The notes: generated by a model not told the origin, from the sequence alone. A stretch of DNA of 64,000 nt from an uncultured Methanosarcinales archaeon (GCA_964593285.1 CAZQHZ010000006.1:1-64000), one strand, 5' to 3'. Positions 1 to 11,317 are shown, counted from the stretch's first letter. Program-made: numbers and translations.

Positions 1-99
1 AAAATATTATTAATATATAAATCTTTTCTATAATTTAAAAATGTTAAAATCTAAAAAAATAAATTTAAATACTTTAATAATATTTTTAAAAATAATAAA

Positions 100-480
100 A
101 TGGCAAATATAAAAAAAACAAATAAAGGAATTATTTCAACAAAAACAATTATAATTTTTTGGTTGGTTGTAATAATTATTGGATTTATTTTTGCAGGAAA
201 AGAACTAGCGTTAGGTTTATTTGTTGCTGCAATCATCAGTATAGCTATAATGCAATACACAATTAACACATCATGGCAAGGACAAATTCAAGATATTAAA
301 ACAAAACAAATAGAAACAAGTTCAGCTGATGATGAAGGATATAGTTACAAAAATGTAACTTATGCATATATAAAATTATCAAATGGAAAAACAAAAAAAA
401 TCCATGCATATCCTAACTGGAAAATAGGAGATAAAATCAAAAAAGAAAAAGGAACTTTTAGTCCTAAAATAATTAAATAA
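100..480 (+). CDS. small membrane protein, two N-terminal TM helices plus a beta-rich C-terminus
   Basis: 126-aa ORF with two hydrophobic stretches; function not recognised. Confidence 0.7.
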   Translation: MANIKKTNKGIISTKTIIIFWLVVIIIGFIFAGKELALGLFVAAIISIAIMQYTINTSWQGQIQDIKTKQIETSSADDEGYSYKNVTYAYIKLSNGKTKKIHAYPNWKIGDKIKKEKGTFSPKIIK

Positions 481-482
481 AA

Positions 483-1106
483 CTATTGTTTTTTACTTTT
501 TATATGCTTTAAACTAATGATATTTTCTCTCTCCATTTCTTCTAATCGCAAAGAAATAAAATTAGTTGTAGTCTGCATTCTTGGAATAATTGCAAATTCA
601 AGTGCATTTACTCGTCTTTTAGTTTTTTCAATTTCATTTAATATTTTTTTCATAGAAATTTCAATTTCAGAAACAATTATTGCTTTTTCAATAACTTTTT
701 CAAACTGCTTTGCAGCATCATCAATTGCATAAGAACCTGTTAAAATTCCAAAACCCCTATCTGAAATATTTTTTCTAATTTCACTTTCTTTTCTTATTTT
801 TGGAACTTTAATACCCATAATATTTTTGGTTTCAGCTCGAATAACAGGAACATTTGTAACTGCAAGTGCAAGTGATTTTAAATATAATTCAGACTCAACT
901 GTTCGTGCAATATTTAATTTTGAAACCGCATCTTTATAATCATTTAACATCTCTGCTCTAAGTGATTTAGCTTGCTTTAAAATTTCAAAAAATTCCATAA
1001 TAAGGCCATCTCTTTTTTTCTTTAAAAGACTATGACCATTTTTTGCTAATTTAATTTTTTTCTTAAAATTTAAAAGTTCTGATCTTGTTGGTTTTACATC
1101 TGCCAT
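483..1106 (-). CDS. atpD: A/V-type ATP synthase subunit D
   Basis: VKPTRSELL...GHSLLKKKRDGL and KTKRRVNALE motifs. Confidence 0.97.
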   Translation of the reverse strand: MADVKPTRSELLNFKKKIKLAKNGHSLLKKKRDGLIMEFFEILKQAKSLRAEMLNDYKDAVSKLNIARTVESELYLKSLALAVTNVPVIRAETKNIMGIKVPKIRKESEIRKNISDRGFGILTGSYAIDDAAKQFEKVIEKAIIVSEIEISMKKILNEIEKTKRRVNALEFAIIPRMQTTTNFISLRLEEMERENIISLKHIKSKKQ

Positions 1107-1126
1107 TTTTTATCAATTAATATTTT

Positions 1127-1795
1127 TTAAACTAATCTTTTAATTCTTGCATTAACTATATTTTCATTAACTAATTTCAAACATGAAGATTTTTTCAATT
1201 TATCAATATTTTTTTCATTATTTATATTAGTTAAATAAATTTTGCATTTTTCATTGCCATAACTTTTATTTAAATCTAACATTAATCCAATAATCATTAA
1301 ATCACCATTATCAATTAAATCTTTATATTCTAAAGATGCAAGTGAAATTTGATAATCTAAACTAACCTCAGCTAATTTATCAACACATAAATTATCATTT
1401 AAATCAATTCCATGATCTTTTAATCCTAAATTTAAATAATCTAACTCATTTTTTATAGATTCATTTTCATTTGAATAATCACTAATACCTGCTTTTATTG
1501 CACCACAATTAGTATGCCCTAAAAAAACTAATAAAGGAGTTTTAAGATGAAGTATTCCATAATCAATACTTCCTTTTGCAGTTTTAAATTGATTACCAAT
1601 ACATCTAATTGAAAAAAGATAATTAACAGTATCTTTTTTTATTGTATTTATATCAAGTCTTGAATCAGAGCAAGTAACTAAAGTAATTTTAGGATTTTGC
1701 TTAAATTCTAAACCATCATAAATACTATAATCTAAATTATCTACATAATTTAAATTCTCATCAAAAATATTTTTTATTAATTTATCATGTACCAT
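1127..1795 (-). CDS. beta-class carbonic anhydrase
   Basis: Zn ligands and dyad in CSDSR (CxDxR) and HTNCGA (HxxC); RCIGN motif. Confidence 0.9.
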   Translation of the reverse strand: MVHDKLIKNIFDENLNYVDNLDYSIYDGLEFKQNPKITLVTCSDSRLDINTIKKDTVNYLFSIRCIGNQFKTAKGSIDYGILHLKTPLLVFLGHTNCGAIKAGISDYSNENESIKNELDYLNLGLKDHGIDLNDNLCVDKLAEVSLDYQISLASLEYKDLIDNGDLMIIGLMLDLNKSYGNEKCKIYLTNINNEKNIDKLKKSSCLKLVNENIVNARIKRLV

Positions 1796-1818
1796 TTTTT
1801 AAAATTAAATGAAAAATA

Positions 1819-3201
1819 TTAATTTTCATTAACATTTTCTTTATAATACTTGTCTCTTAATTTTGGATCAATTCTAGTTAATTCATCTTTTGGAATTAAA
1901 CCAAGTAGTTCCCATCCAATATCTAAAGTATTTTCACCAATAGCTCTATCTTCTTTTTTACTTTGTCTAACAAATTTATCTTCAAATTGTTCTGCAAATT
2001 TTAACAATCTTTTATCTCTATCACTAAGTGACTCTTCACCAACAATAGCAACAAGACCTCGTAAATCCCTACCAGCTGCATAATTTGCATATAACTGATC
2101 TGATACTTGTTTATGATCTTCTCTAGTTTTCCCTTCGCCAATACCAGAATTCATCAATCTAGACAATGAAGGTAAAATATCAACAGGAGGATAAATTCCA
2201 TTTCTATGTAGTTCCCTAGATAATACTATCTGCCCTTCAGTAATATATCCAGTTAAATCAGGAATTGGATGAGTTATATCATCTCCAATCATTGTTAAAA
2301 TAGGAATCTGAGTAATTGAACCAGCTTTTCCTTTAATCATACCTGCTCTTTCATATAAAGATGCTAAATCAGTATACATGTAACCAGGATATCCTCGTCT
2401 TCCAGGAATCTCTTCTCGTGCAGCACCAATTTCTCGCAATGACTCACAATAATTGGTCAAATCAGTTAAAATAACTAAAACATGCATATCATGTTCAAAT
2501 GCTAAATACTCAGCTGCAGTTAAAGCCATCTTTGGAGTTACAATTCTTTCAATTGCAGGATCAGACGCTAAATTCAAAAATACAACTGAACGCTCTAGTG
2601 CACCAGTCTGCTCAAAATCTTTCATAAAATATTGTGCTTCTTCATTAGTAATACCCATAGCAGCAAAAACAATCGCAAAATTAACATTTTTTCCAATAAC
2701 TTTTGCTTGCCTTGCAATCTGAAGTGCAATTTCATTATGAGGAAGACCTGAACCTGAAAAGATAGGTAATTTTTGTCCTCTAACTAATGTATTTGTTGCA
2801 TCAATTGTTGAGATACCTGTTTGAATAAAATCAGACGGATTTTGTCTTGAATATGGATTTATAGATGAACCTATAATATCTAATTTCTTTTCTGCAAAAA
2901 CTTCAGGACCTTCATCAATTGGCTTACCAGAACCATTAAAAATTCTACCAAGCATTTCTTTTGAACAATTAAGTTTAATTGTCTCTCCAATAAATTTAAC
3001 TGAACAATTTTGATCTATTTTACTTGTACCTTCAAACACTTGAACAACAACAATATCTTCTGATGAATCTAGTACTTGACCATTCTTAATAGTTCCATCC
3101 CCTAGTTTAATTTTTACTAAATCTCCATATGCTACCTTATCTGTTTTTTCAACAAAAATTAAAGGTCCTGCAACTCTTGTTATAGTTTTATATTCTTTCA
3201 T
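1819..3201 (-). CDS. atpB: A/V-type ATP synthase subunit B
   Basis: [29 protein letters not shown] and [26 protein letters not shown] upstream. Confidence 0.98.
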   Translation of the reverse strand: MKEYKTITRVAGPLIFVEKTDKVAYGDLVKIKLGDGTIKNGQVLDSSEDIVVVQVFEGTSKIDQNCSVKFIGETIKLNCSKEMLGRIFNGSGKPIDEGPEVFAEKKLDIIGSSINPYSRQNPSDFIQTGISTIDATNTLVRGQKLPIFSGSGLPHNEIALQIARQAKVIGKNVNFAIVFAAMGITNEEAQYFMKDFEQTGALERSVVFLNLASDPAIERIVTPKMALTAAEYLAFEHDMHVLVILTDLTNYCESLREIGAAREEIPGRRGYPGYMYTDLASLYERAGMIKGKAGSITQIPILTMIGDDITHPIPDLTGYITEGQIVLSRELHRNGIYPPVDILPSLSRLMNSGIGEGKTREDHKQVSDQLYANYAAGRDLRGLVAIVGEESLSDRDKRLLKFAEQFEDKFVRQSKKEDRAIGENTLDIGWELLGLIPKDELTRIDPKLRDKYYKENVNEN

Positions 3202-3213
3202 TGATAATCACCT

Positions 3214-4950
3214 TTAAGCTTTAAGAGCTTTAAATTCCTCTTCCATTTCAGATTTTACTTCATCTAAAACTCTCTTATAATTTTTTTCAAATTTAGCATT
3301 TGATATTTTTTCTTTTGCTTTTGTTGTAAGTATTGATTTTATACTAACTCCTCTATCAAGTGCATCATTTGCAATTGAATCAAAAAATAATACAGTTTTC
3401 ATAAGCATATAACTTTTTTCTAATTCACAAAAAGTATCAACATCATGGAATGCATTTTGTTGTAAAATAAATTCTCTAACCAACCGTGATGTTTCAAGAG
3501 ATAATTGTTGTTTTTCAGGCAAAGCATCTGATCCAACTAATTGAACAATTTCAAGTAATTTTTCTTCTTCTTGAAGTTTTTTCATTAATTGTGAAACAAA
3601 ATCATGCCAATCTGACGCAATATTTTTTGAAAACCAAGGTTTTAGAGTTTCTAAATACAATGAATAAGATGTAAGCCAATTAATTGACGGAAAATGTCTT
3701 CTTCTTGCTAAATTTGCATCAAGTGCCCAAAATGTTTTTGCAACTCTTAGAGTATTTTGAGTTACAGGTTCTGAAAAATCTCCTCCTGGCGGACTTACCG
3801 CACCAATAATTGTAACAGAGCCTTCATCTTCTTTTCCAAAAGGTACAACTTTTCCAGATCTTTCATAAAATTCAGCAAGTCTTGTAGATAAATATGCAGG
3901 ATATCCTTCTTCCCCTGGCATTTCTTCTAACCTTGAAGAGATTTCTCTCATAGCTTCAGCCCATCTTGAAGTTGAATCAGCCATTAAAGCAACACTATAA
4001 CCTTGATCTCTAAAATATTCAGCAATAGTAATTCCAGTATAAATAGAAGCTTCTCGTGCAGCAACTGGCATATTTGATGTATTTGCAATCAATACAGTTC
4101 TATTCATTAAAGGTTTTTTAGTTTTTGGATCTAATAAATGCGGAAATTCACTTAAAACTTCAGTCATTTCATTTCCTCGCTCCCCACATCCAATGTAAAC
4201 AATAATTTCTGCATCACACCATTTTGCAAGTTGCTGTTGTGATACAGTTTTTCCAGCACCAAAAGGACCTGGAATTGCAGCAACTCCTCCTTTAGCTAAA
4301 GGAAAAAAAACATCAAAAATTCTCTGACCAGTAATTAAAGGAATTTCAGGAGCTAATTTTTTAGTAAATGGCCGTGGAAATTTTATTGGCCATTTTTGCA
4401 TCATAGAAATTTTTTTTCCATCTTCTAATTCAGCAATTGTTTCATCAATAGTAAATTTACCAGATTTAATTTCTTTAATCTTACCACTCATTCCAAAAGG
4501 AACCATTATTTTATGAACCATTCCTTCAGTTTCTTCAACTTCACCAATAATTTGTCCTTGTTTTACACTATCTCCTTTCTTTATAGTAGCCTTAAAATCC
4601 CATTTTTTTTTATGATCAAGACCTGGTGCATCAACACCTCGTAAAATAAAATCTCCCATCTTTTCTTGTAATTTTGGAAGAGGTCTTTGAATACCATCAT
4701 ATATGCTTGTAAGCATACCAGGGCCAAGTTCTACAGATAAAGGAAGACCAGTATTAATAACAGGCTCACCAGGTTTTATCCCAGTAGTATCTTCATATAC
4801 CTGAATAGTTGTATTTTTTGCATCTATTTGAATAACTTCTCCCATAAGTTTTTCATTACCAATTCTTACAACATCAAACATTCTAGCTTTAATTCCTCTT
4901 GCAACAACAACAGGACCTGCAATTCTATATATATATCCATTTTCTGACAT
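3214..4950 (-). CDS. atpA: A/V-type ATP synthase subunit A (catalytic)
   Basis: Walker [27 protein letters not shown]; no intein. Confidence 0.98.
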   Translation of the reverse strand: MSENGYIYRIAGPVVVARGIKARMFDVVRIGNEKLMGEVIQIDAKNTTIQVYEDTTGIKPGEPVINTGLPLSVELGPGMLTSIYDGIQRPLPKLQEKMGDFILRGVDAPGLDHKKKWDFKATIKKGDSVKQGQIIGEVEETEGMVHKIMVPFGMSGKIKEIKSGKFTIDETIAELEDGKKISMMQKWPIKFPRPFTKKLAPEIPLITGQRIFDVFFPLAKGGVAAIPGPFGAGKTVSQQQLAKWCDAEIIVYIGCGERGNEMTEVLSEFPHLLDPKTKKPLMNRTVLIANTSNMPVAAREASIYTGITIAEYFRDQGYSVALMADSTSRWAEAMREISSRLEEMPGEEGYPAYLSTRLAEFYERSGKVVPFGKEDEGSVTIIGAVSPPGGDFSEPVTQNTLRVAKTFWALDANLARRRHFPSINWLTSYSLYLETLKPWFSKNIASDWHDFVSQLMKKLQEEEKLLEIVQLVGSDALPEKQQLSLETSRLVREFILQQNAFHDVDTFCELEKSYMLMKTVLFFDSIANDALDRGVSIKSILTTKAKEKISNAKFEKNYKRVLDEVKSEMEEEFKALKA

Positions 4951-5062
4951 TTACTATCACCTTACAAAATTTATATTTCAACATTTCACTTTCATTTTAA
5001 AAATTTAATTTTTTGAATTTAATTTTTTTAAAAATTTAATTATTATCACAAATTTATAAAAT

Positions 5063-5368
5063 CTATTTATCCCACAAATCTACACCAATTGATTTTTTGA
5101 TTAATTTTTTTAATTCTTCATTTGTATCTTGCTGTGAAATCATTAAAAAAACAGGTTCAATTGATTGTAACATTTTTTCTCGCAATTGTTCATTTAAACC
5201 ATCTAAAACTTTCTCTTCAACAATCACTAAACCAATATCATCATTTGACATTAATTCATTAATTGTTTCTTCTGGATGATCCCTACTTAACTTAAATGAA
5301 TTTTTAATTCCTGCAAGTTCAAAACCAAGTGAAAATTTATCATCTCCAAGTACTGCAATTTTTTTCAT
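5063..5368 (-). CDS. atpF: A/V-type ATP synthase subunit F
   Basis: IAVLGD...GFELAGI and C-terminal KSIGVDLW; operon position. Confidence 0.93.
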   Translation of the reverse strand: MKKIAVLGDDKFSLGFELAGIKNSFKLSRDHPEETINELMSNDDIGLVIVEEKVLDGLNEQLREKMLQSIEPVFLMISQQDTNEELKKLIKKSIGVDLWDK

Positions 5369-5396
5369 TCTAAAAACCCTCTATTTTATTAAAAAC

Positions 5397-6431
5397 TCAA
5401 ACAATTAATAATTTTTTTTCAATATAATCTTCATCTATATCAAAATATTTTGATTTAACAATCAAACGTATATTTCTAACTTCAATCATTTTTCTAATCA
5501 TAAAACTAATAACCCCTTCAATTGACATTGGATTTAAATTAGACTTAGTTATTGCAAATTTTAAATTATAATTATTTAATGCAATCTCTAAATCAATTAT
5601 TTTTTCTTCATCATTAAAATCAATATATTTAGCATAATAAGTCTTTTTTAATTCATCCAATACACCTTTAAGAGTATTTTGAGAAATTATTTTTTCAAGA
5701 TTTTTTTTAGATAATTTTTTACCACTATAAATCATCATGTTTAAAATTTTTTCTTTATCCATGCCTTCTTTTTTAAATCTAATAATATTTTTAATGTTAT
5801 TAATATCAATATCACGAAGTAAAAAATCTTTTAATGTTTTTCCGTATTCACCATAAATTTGTGTTCCATCAATTGCTTTTTTAAAATACACTTGATCTAA
5901 ACTATTTTCTAATTCAATTAAACGATTTTTACTTTTAAATTCTTCAATAGCATTTTTAATTTCTTTCTCTTTAACAATTTTTGAATAAATTAATGAATCT
6001 ATAATAGAATTTTTTTCAAATAAATTAATAAAATGTTTTTTATCGAAATTGCCTATATTAATTATTAAATCTGAAACTTCTTTTTTTGTTGAATTACTAT
6101 AAATTCCTCTTAAAACTATTTTTAAATTATGATAATCCCATCTATTAAGATACAAATTAATAATTTCAACAACATTTCTTGGACTAATTTTTTTAAGTTT
6201 AACAAAAGTTTTAACTTTATTTTTTCGTAAAGCCTGGTCCAACAAATCAAGTCCAGAATACTTAACAGACAATTTAGTTATTACATCTTTATATTCTGAT
6301 TCTTGCAAAAATCTAATTATTGAATCTGGATCTAATTTTAACAATTTATAATAATCATTCTTTTTAATAAGTTTACTTTTCATAGCACTAACTCGTGCAA
6401 AAGTGTAAGGCAAACTTTTTTCATCAACCAT
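5397..6431 (-). CDS. atpC: A/V-type ATP synthase subunit C
   Basis: PYTFARVSAMKSKL, WDYHNLK and EVRNIRLI; operon position. Confidence 0.92.
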   Translation of the reverse strand: MVDEKSLPYTFARVSAMKSKLIKKNDYYKLLKLDPDSIIRFLQESEYKDVITKLSVKYSGLDLLDQALRKNKVKTFVKLKKISPRNVVEIINLYLNRWDYHNLKIVLRGIYSNSTKKEVSDLIINIGNFDKKHFINLFEKNSIIDSLIYSKIVKEKEIKNAIEEFKSKNRLIELENSLDQVYFKKAIDGTQIYGEYGKTLKDFLLRDIDINNIKNIIRFKKEGMDKEKILNMMIYSGKKLSKKNLEKIISQNTLKGVLDELKKTYYAKYIDFNDEEKIIDLEIALNNYNLKFAITKSNLNPMSIEGVISFMIRKMIEVRNIRLIVKSKYFDIDEDYIEKKLLIV

Positions 6432-6484
6432 TTTTTTTCATCAAATCTCCAAATTTTTAATTAAAAATATTTTTCATACAAAAA

Positions 6485-7036
6485 TTAATCAAACAAAATA
6501 TTTGAAACTTCCGCGCTATATTTTTCTTTTAATTCAGCAATAATTGTTTCAAAACTATAATCAACAATAATTTCTTCTGATTTATCTATTGCAATAATTC
6601 CACCAATCATATCTTTTATTTCAACAGAATAATCATCTTTTATTAAATCTGAATCTAATTTATTACAAATAATTTTTTTAATATCTATTTCTTTTTTTGC
6701 TTTATCTATCAAATTTTCAATAATAGCTTTTCTCTCTTTTTTAACCAATTTATTTTTCAACTGATCTTTCACTTTTTCAAAAACTTGCTCAATTAAGTCC
6801 TTTTTTTTTAATAAAATCCTTTTTTTTGATTCTAAATTTGCTGATGCAATTTCTTTTTTTTCAAACTGCTCTGAAAATGAATTAATTTCTTGTTTTGTTT
6901 TTTCTTCAAGGGATTCTATTTCAAGTTCCAATTTTCTTTTTGATTCATCAGCTTCTTTATAAGCAGTTTTAACAATTAAATCTGCTTCTTTTTTTGCATT
7001 TTCTAATACTTTTTTTTTTAAATCATCAAATCCCAC
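6485..7036 (-). CDS. atpE: A/V-type ATP synthase subunit E
   Basis: Coiled N-terminus and C-terminal IGGIIA...VDYSFE; GTG start with GGTGA SD. Confidence 0.9.
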   Translation of the reverse strand: MGFDDLKKKVLENAKKEADLIVKTAYKEADESKRKLELEIESLEEKTKQEINSFSEQFEKKEIASANLESKKRILLKKKDLIEQVFEKVKDQLKNKLVKKERKAIIENLIDKAKKEIDIKKIICNKLDSDLIKDDYSVEIKDMIGGIIAIDKSEEIIVDYSFETIIAELKEKYSAEVSNILFD

Positions 7037-7081
7037 AATAAATCACCATTATATTTTAAATTAAAATAAAAAAATAAAAAA

Positions 7082-7315
7082 TTAAATTTTACCCAAAAGT
7101 AAAATTGCAACAACTAATCCAAAAATAACAAGTGTTTCTGGAATAACTGTTAAAATTAGTCCTTTACCGAATAATTTTTCATTTTCAGCCATAGCACCAA
7201 TTGCTGCACTACCAATTCCTTTTTCTGCAACTGCAGAAGCATAAGCACTAATTCCTACAGCAAGTGCTGCACCAATTCCAATTAAACCCGCTCCAACTGT
7301 ATATTCAACTGCCAT
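7082..7315 (-). CDS. atpK: A-type ATP synthase proteolipid subunit K (c), single hairpin
   Basis: Two TM helices; ion-binding Glu in VIPETLVIFG; SD GGAGG. Confidence 0.96.
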   Translation of the reverse strand: MAVEYTVGAGLIGIGAALAVGISAYASAVAEKGIGSAAIGAMAENEKLFGKGLILTVIPETLVIFGLVVAILLLGKI

Positions 7316-7356
7316 TTTTTTTCCTCCTTAACTTTTTTTTCTAAACATTTCTTTCA

Positions 7357-9279
7357 TTATTGATCTTCAGCTCCAAAAGGAGAAAATTCTTTTCCTCCTC
7401 CTTTGTAGAATTTTGTAAAATATTCTACATAATGAAGCCTTAATGAATGTAAAAAAGGACCAATTATTCCAAGTGCAATATTAATTGTATGTCCTATTGT
7501 AAATAATATAATTGCTGCTATTATTCCAAAAATACCCATACTAAATAAAGGGACAGTCTGCTGATTTACAACAACAGCTAAACCAACAGATGCAAGACCT
7601 ATAGCCATAAGCCTCATATATGATCCTATATGAACAAATATTGATGGAAGTTCAACTAAACCTTGTATTCCTTCACCTAAAAATAACATTATTGCTGAAA
7701 CTAAAATTAAAAATAATCCAAACCATAACATTTGAGGAACTAAAATGTTCATTGAAGATAATACAATTATTAAAACTGCAAATTGAAGTAAAAACCAAGA
7801 ACCTTTTTCAAATATTGCATGCTTAAATCCATGGTTTTTAAAAACATTAATAAAACCTAGTAAAAGACCAAAATTAACATGAAAAAAACCAATAATTGCA
7901 GTTAAAATTATTAAATTTAATGCATTATCAGCATTTCTATGTAAAGGCCATGTTGTAATCCATTCAAAAAAACCATGTGCTTCATGATGTCCATGATCAC
8001 CCACTACTTCTTCATTACTACCCATAAATTCAGTAACTTCAAAACCAAATACTTCGCCATATAATGCTCCAAAAGCTATTGACGAAATTGAACAAAAAAT
8101 CATTATTGTAAGCAAAGGTTTTGCTGATGGTATTTTTTTCATCAATATTAAAAATAAAATTAAAGTAACAACACCATAAGCCATATCTCCTAGCATAAAA
8201 CCAAAAAATAATGGAAATGTAATAAACATAAATAAAGCTGGATCAATTTCTTTATATGAAGGCATTGAAAAAAGTCTTAATAAAAATTCATACGGTTTTG
8301 CAAAAAATGGGTTGTTTAATAAAATAGGTGGTGAATCTTCTTCTTTTATTTCAAGCTCAATAATTGAAACATTATTATCTGTAATTTTTTCAATAGTTTT
8401 TCTAAATGTATTTAATTTTTTAGAAGGAAGCCATCCACTAATAATTGAAAAATTTTTAGTTTCAGCAAAATTTAATGGTGCTTCATTTTTTTTTGCACTA
8501 ATAGTTAATAATTTTTCACTAAATAAAATTTCTTTTTCATGTTTTTTTTTCAAATTTTGAATTTTCTTTTCAATATTTTTTTTAACTTCATATTTTTTAG
8601 ACAATTCAAATTCTAAATCATCTAAAGAATAATTTTCTTCTATTAAATTCAAATCAAGTTTTACTTCAGAAAATAAATGGTTCTTTAAAATGTTTAATAC
8701 ATCCCATTCTTTATCTTTACTTACAAATATACAAACTAAATTTTTACCTTTACTATTATAATTAAATATTTCATAATCTATTTTAATTTTATTTTCTAAA
8801 TCCAATTTTAGCTTATTAACATCATCAACATAACCTAAAAAATGTTTTACAAATTTACTTTTTTTAAACAATTTAGAACTTACATTTAATTTTTTTAATA
8901 ATTCAAATTTTTCTATATTTTGCTTAAATCGTTTAATATCTAAATTAATTTGTTTTAATTCATCTAATAAAGCAACAGTATTTTCATTTAAATTTGAAAT
9001 AAAATCAACATAGCTTAAAGCATTTTTAAAATCAGATCCTTTTAGATTAATATCTGACATACTATCTAATTCTAATTTATATATTAATGATCTTGCTTTA
9101 ATTGCACCTTCAGAAATTTTTGAATTATTATCTAGGGGACTTCCAATATCTAAATTTTCATCTTTAGAATGTTCAATAATGTCTAAAGCCTTAGCATTAT
9201 ATAACTCATCAATAATACTTTTAACATCTTTTTTTTGACATAAAATTCTTAATTTAGTCATTTCTTGTGCTTTTAACAT
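7357..9279 (-). CDS. atpI: A/V-type ATP synthase subunit I (a)
   Basis: PSYKEIDP, FFGFMLGD, SYMRLMA (essential Arg), LRLHYVEYFTKFY. Confidence 0.97.
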   Translation of the reverse strand: MLKAQEMTKLRILCQKKDVKSIIDELYNAKALDIIEHSKDENLDIGSPLDNNSKISEGAIKARSLIYKLELDSMSDINLKGSDFKNALSYVDFISNLNENTVALLDELKQINLDIKRFKQNIEKFELLKKLNVSSKLFKKSKFVKHFLGYVDDVNKLKLDLENKIKIDYEIFNYNSKGKNLVCIFVSKDKEWDVLNILKNHLFSEVKLDLNLIEENYSLDDLEFELSKKYEVKKNIEKKIQNLKKKHEKEILFSEKLLTISAKKNEAPLNFAETKNFSIISGWLPSKKLNTFRKTIEKITDNNVSIIELEIKEEDSPPILLNNPFFAKPYEFLLRLFSMPSYKEIDPALFMFITFPLFFGFMLGDMAYGVVTLILFLILMKKIPSAKPLLTIMIFCSISSIAFGALYGEVFGFEVTEFMGSNEEVVGDHGHHEAHGFFEWITTWPLHRNADNALNLIILTAIIGFFHVNFGLLLGFINVFKNHGFKHAIFEKGSWFLLQFAVLIIVLSSMNILVPQMLWFGLFLILVSAIMLFLGEGIQGLVELPSIFVHIGSYMRLMAIGLASVGLAVVVNQQTVPLFSMGIFGIIAAIILFTIGHTINIALGIIGPFLHSLRLHYVEYFTKFYKGGGKEFSPFGAEDQ

Positions 9280-9305
9280 TTAATTAACCTCTAATAATAA
9301 AATTT

Positions 9306-9617
9306 CTAATAATTTTTTAATTTTGTAATTATAAAATTGACCGCATCATCCACTTTTTTCTGTGAATTACCTAACATTTTTGTAATTTCAATCTCATTTC
9401 TTTTTAATATTTCTTCTTTTCGTCTTTTAGACTCAGCAATTAATGAAGAAATTTTTTGTTCTCTTTTTTTTTTAATTTCAGACATAGAATTTTCCTTAAA
9501 TTTTGAATTATCTAATAATGATTTTTCTTTTATCATATTAGCCTTTTTTGTTGCATTTTCAATTAACTCATCTGCTTTTTTTTCAACATCAAATACTTTT
9601 TTTATATCTTCATCCAT
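9306..9617 (-). CDS. atpH: A-type ATP synthase subunit H/G (peripheral stalk)
   Basis: Charged coiled coil at the head of the operon; ATG 9617 preferred over TTG 9632 because of a GAAGGT SD. Confidence 0.75.
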   Translation of the reverse strand: MDEDIKKVFDVEKKADELIENATKKANMIKEKSLLDNSKFKENSMSEIKKKREQKISSLIAESKRRKEEILKRNEIEITKMLGNSQKKVDDAVNFIITKLKNY

Positions 9618-9900
9618 TCTAATTACCTTCAATTTGTATAAAATATCACATTTAACCTCATTAAAATAATTTATTTTTTTATATTTAAAAATAAAAATTA
9701 ATATTTTAATTGGATTTCTGATCCTTTTAAAAAATGTATCTATTTACTATAAATAGACTAAGTATTTTTTGATTAATAACATCTTTATTTAAAATTAAAA
9801 TAAATTTAAGAAATTAAAACAATTTAAGATAATATAGTTTAGAAAAATTTATTAATCAATTATTTATATTTTATTTTTAAATAAATTTTCAGTTAAAAAA

Positions 9901-11316
9901 ATGGAATTTAAAAAAAAAAGAAAAGGGTTTCTTGAAGAAATAAATACTGCATTTTTAACAAATCATGAAAGTTATATTAATTATTGTCTAATGCATGCAA
10001 ATGATAGATTAAAAAATTATAATTGCACTAAAAAAATAAAAGAACATGAAGAATTATTAAATATATACGAAAATATAGAATATCTAAAAGAACCAAAAAA
10101 TATATGTCTTTTAGATTCTAATGGTTTAACTAATGATGATTTAAATGAAGCTTACAAATGCGTTCTTGATGGAAAATTATTTTCAGAACACACAGCTGCA
10201 GGAGAAGCTACAAGACTTGGACTTGGAACTAAATATCTACTAAATATTTCAAGAGAACTTCCAATTGAAAGAATTTCAGACATTATGACAAATGAAAAAG
10301 GCTCACAAGTTACAGTAAATGATGTTTTAAAAAAAACAAATAATGTAAAATCTGAAGATTTACTTGATTTATCACTTGGAACACGGCACATGATACAATT
10401 TTCATTTGATATTGCAAAATTAGCAAAAAAATTTAATTATTCAGTAGATGAAGTTTTAAAAAAACAAAAAATGTTAATTGTATTAAATGAAAGAACTTAT
10501 GAAAAAATAATCAAAGAATTTGTAAGATATAACTTTTTTGGATTCAATAGAGAAAATATAATGTTCATGGTTCAAGAGTCGTTTCATGGCATAACTTTTA
10601 AGGATAATAAATACATTTATGATGAAAATTCTCCAAAAAGATTACACAACCATGGACAAATGGTCATGCAACAAACAATCGATAATCAAATATTTAAAAT
10701 TAATTCAAGTGGTAATAAAAAATATCTTTCAAGTGAAGAATACGGTAACATTTTAAAAGATATGGAAAATAAAATTTCATATAACATCGAAGACTTAGAT
10801 TATTTAACAGGTTCCATTGACTATGAAAGTTTAGCATTTGCATTAAAAAAATCTAAAGAAGGATATAGAATGTTAATGGAAATTGTAAGCAATAACAAAG
10901 AAAACCCACAAAAAGGTGGAATGGCTGCATTTGATAATAAATTACAAAGAAATGTTATGATTGAAGGTTTTCAATTAAAAGGAATAAAAAATCATGAAAT
11001 AAAATATTTAAACAAAAATTTCAATCATTTTCCAAAACCATATGAATCATGGTTAATGCTTAAAAAAAATGGATTAAACATGCCAATTACAGTCAAAAAC
11101 GAACATTTATACTTCCAACCAGTACAAGGAGATATAAATTTTCTTGTAACAACTGAGTTTTTTAGAAGAACAAAATTAAAACCAATAAAATCATGGAAAT
11201 CTCCAGCAACAACGCCACTTGCAGTATACCATAAATACCTGCAAGATAAACAAGAAGGTTTTACTGACTTTTGTGAACAAATAATGGATTTTAAAGTAAA
11301 AAAATTTAATTGTTAA
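9901..11316 (+). CDS. divergent UDP-sugar pyrophosphorylase (UGP/UAP-like nucleotidyltransferase)
   Basis: AAGEATRLGLGTK nucleotide loop, then FMVQ, HNHG, NIEDL and QKGG in the order of the UDPGP family. Confidence 0.7.
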   Translation: MEFKKKRKGFLEEINTAFLTNHESYINYCLMHANDRLKNYNCTKKIKEHEELLNIYENIEYLKEPKNICLLDSNGLTNDDLNEAYKCVLDGKLFSEHTAAGEATRLGLGTKYLLNISRELPIERISDIMTNEKGSQVTVNDVLKKTNNVKSEDLLDLSLGTRHMIQFSFDIAKLAKKFNYSVDEVLKKQKMLIVLNERTYEKIIKEFVRYNFFGFNRENIMFMVQESFHGITFKDNKYIYDENSPKRLHNHGQMVMQQTIDNQIFKINSSGNKKYLSSEEYGNILKDMENKISYNIEDLDYLTGSIDYESLAFALKKSKEGYRMLMEIVSNNKENPQKGGMAAFDNKLQRNVMIEGFQLKGIKNHEIKYLNKNFNHFPKPYESWLMLKKNGLNMPITVKNEHLYFQPVQGDINFLVTTEFFRRTKLKPIKSWKSPATTPLAVYHKYLQDKQEGFTDFCEQIMDFKVKKFNC

Positions 11317-11317
11317 A

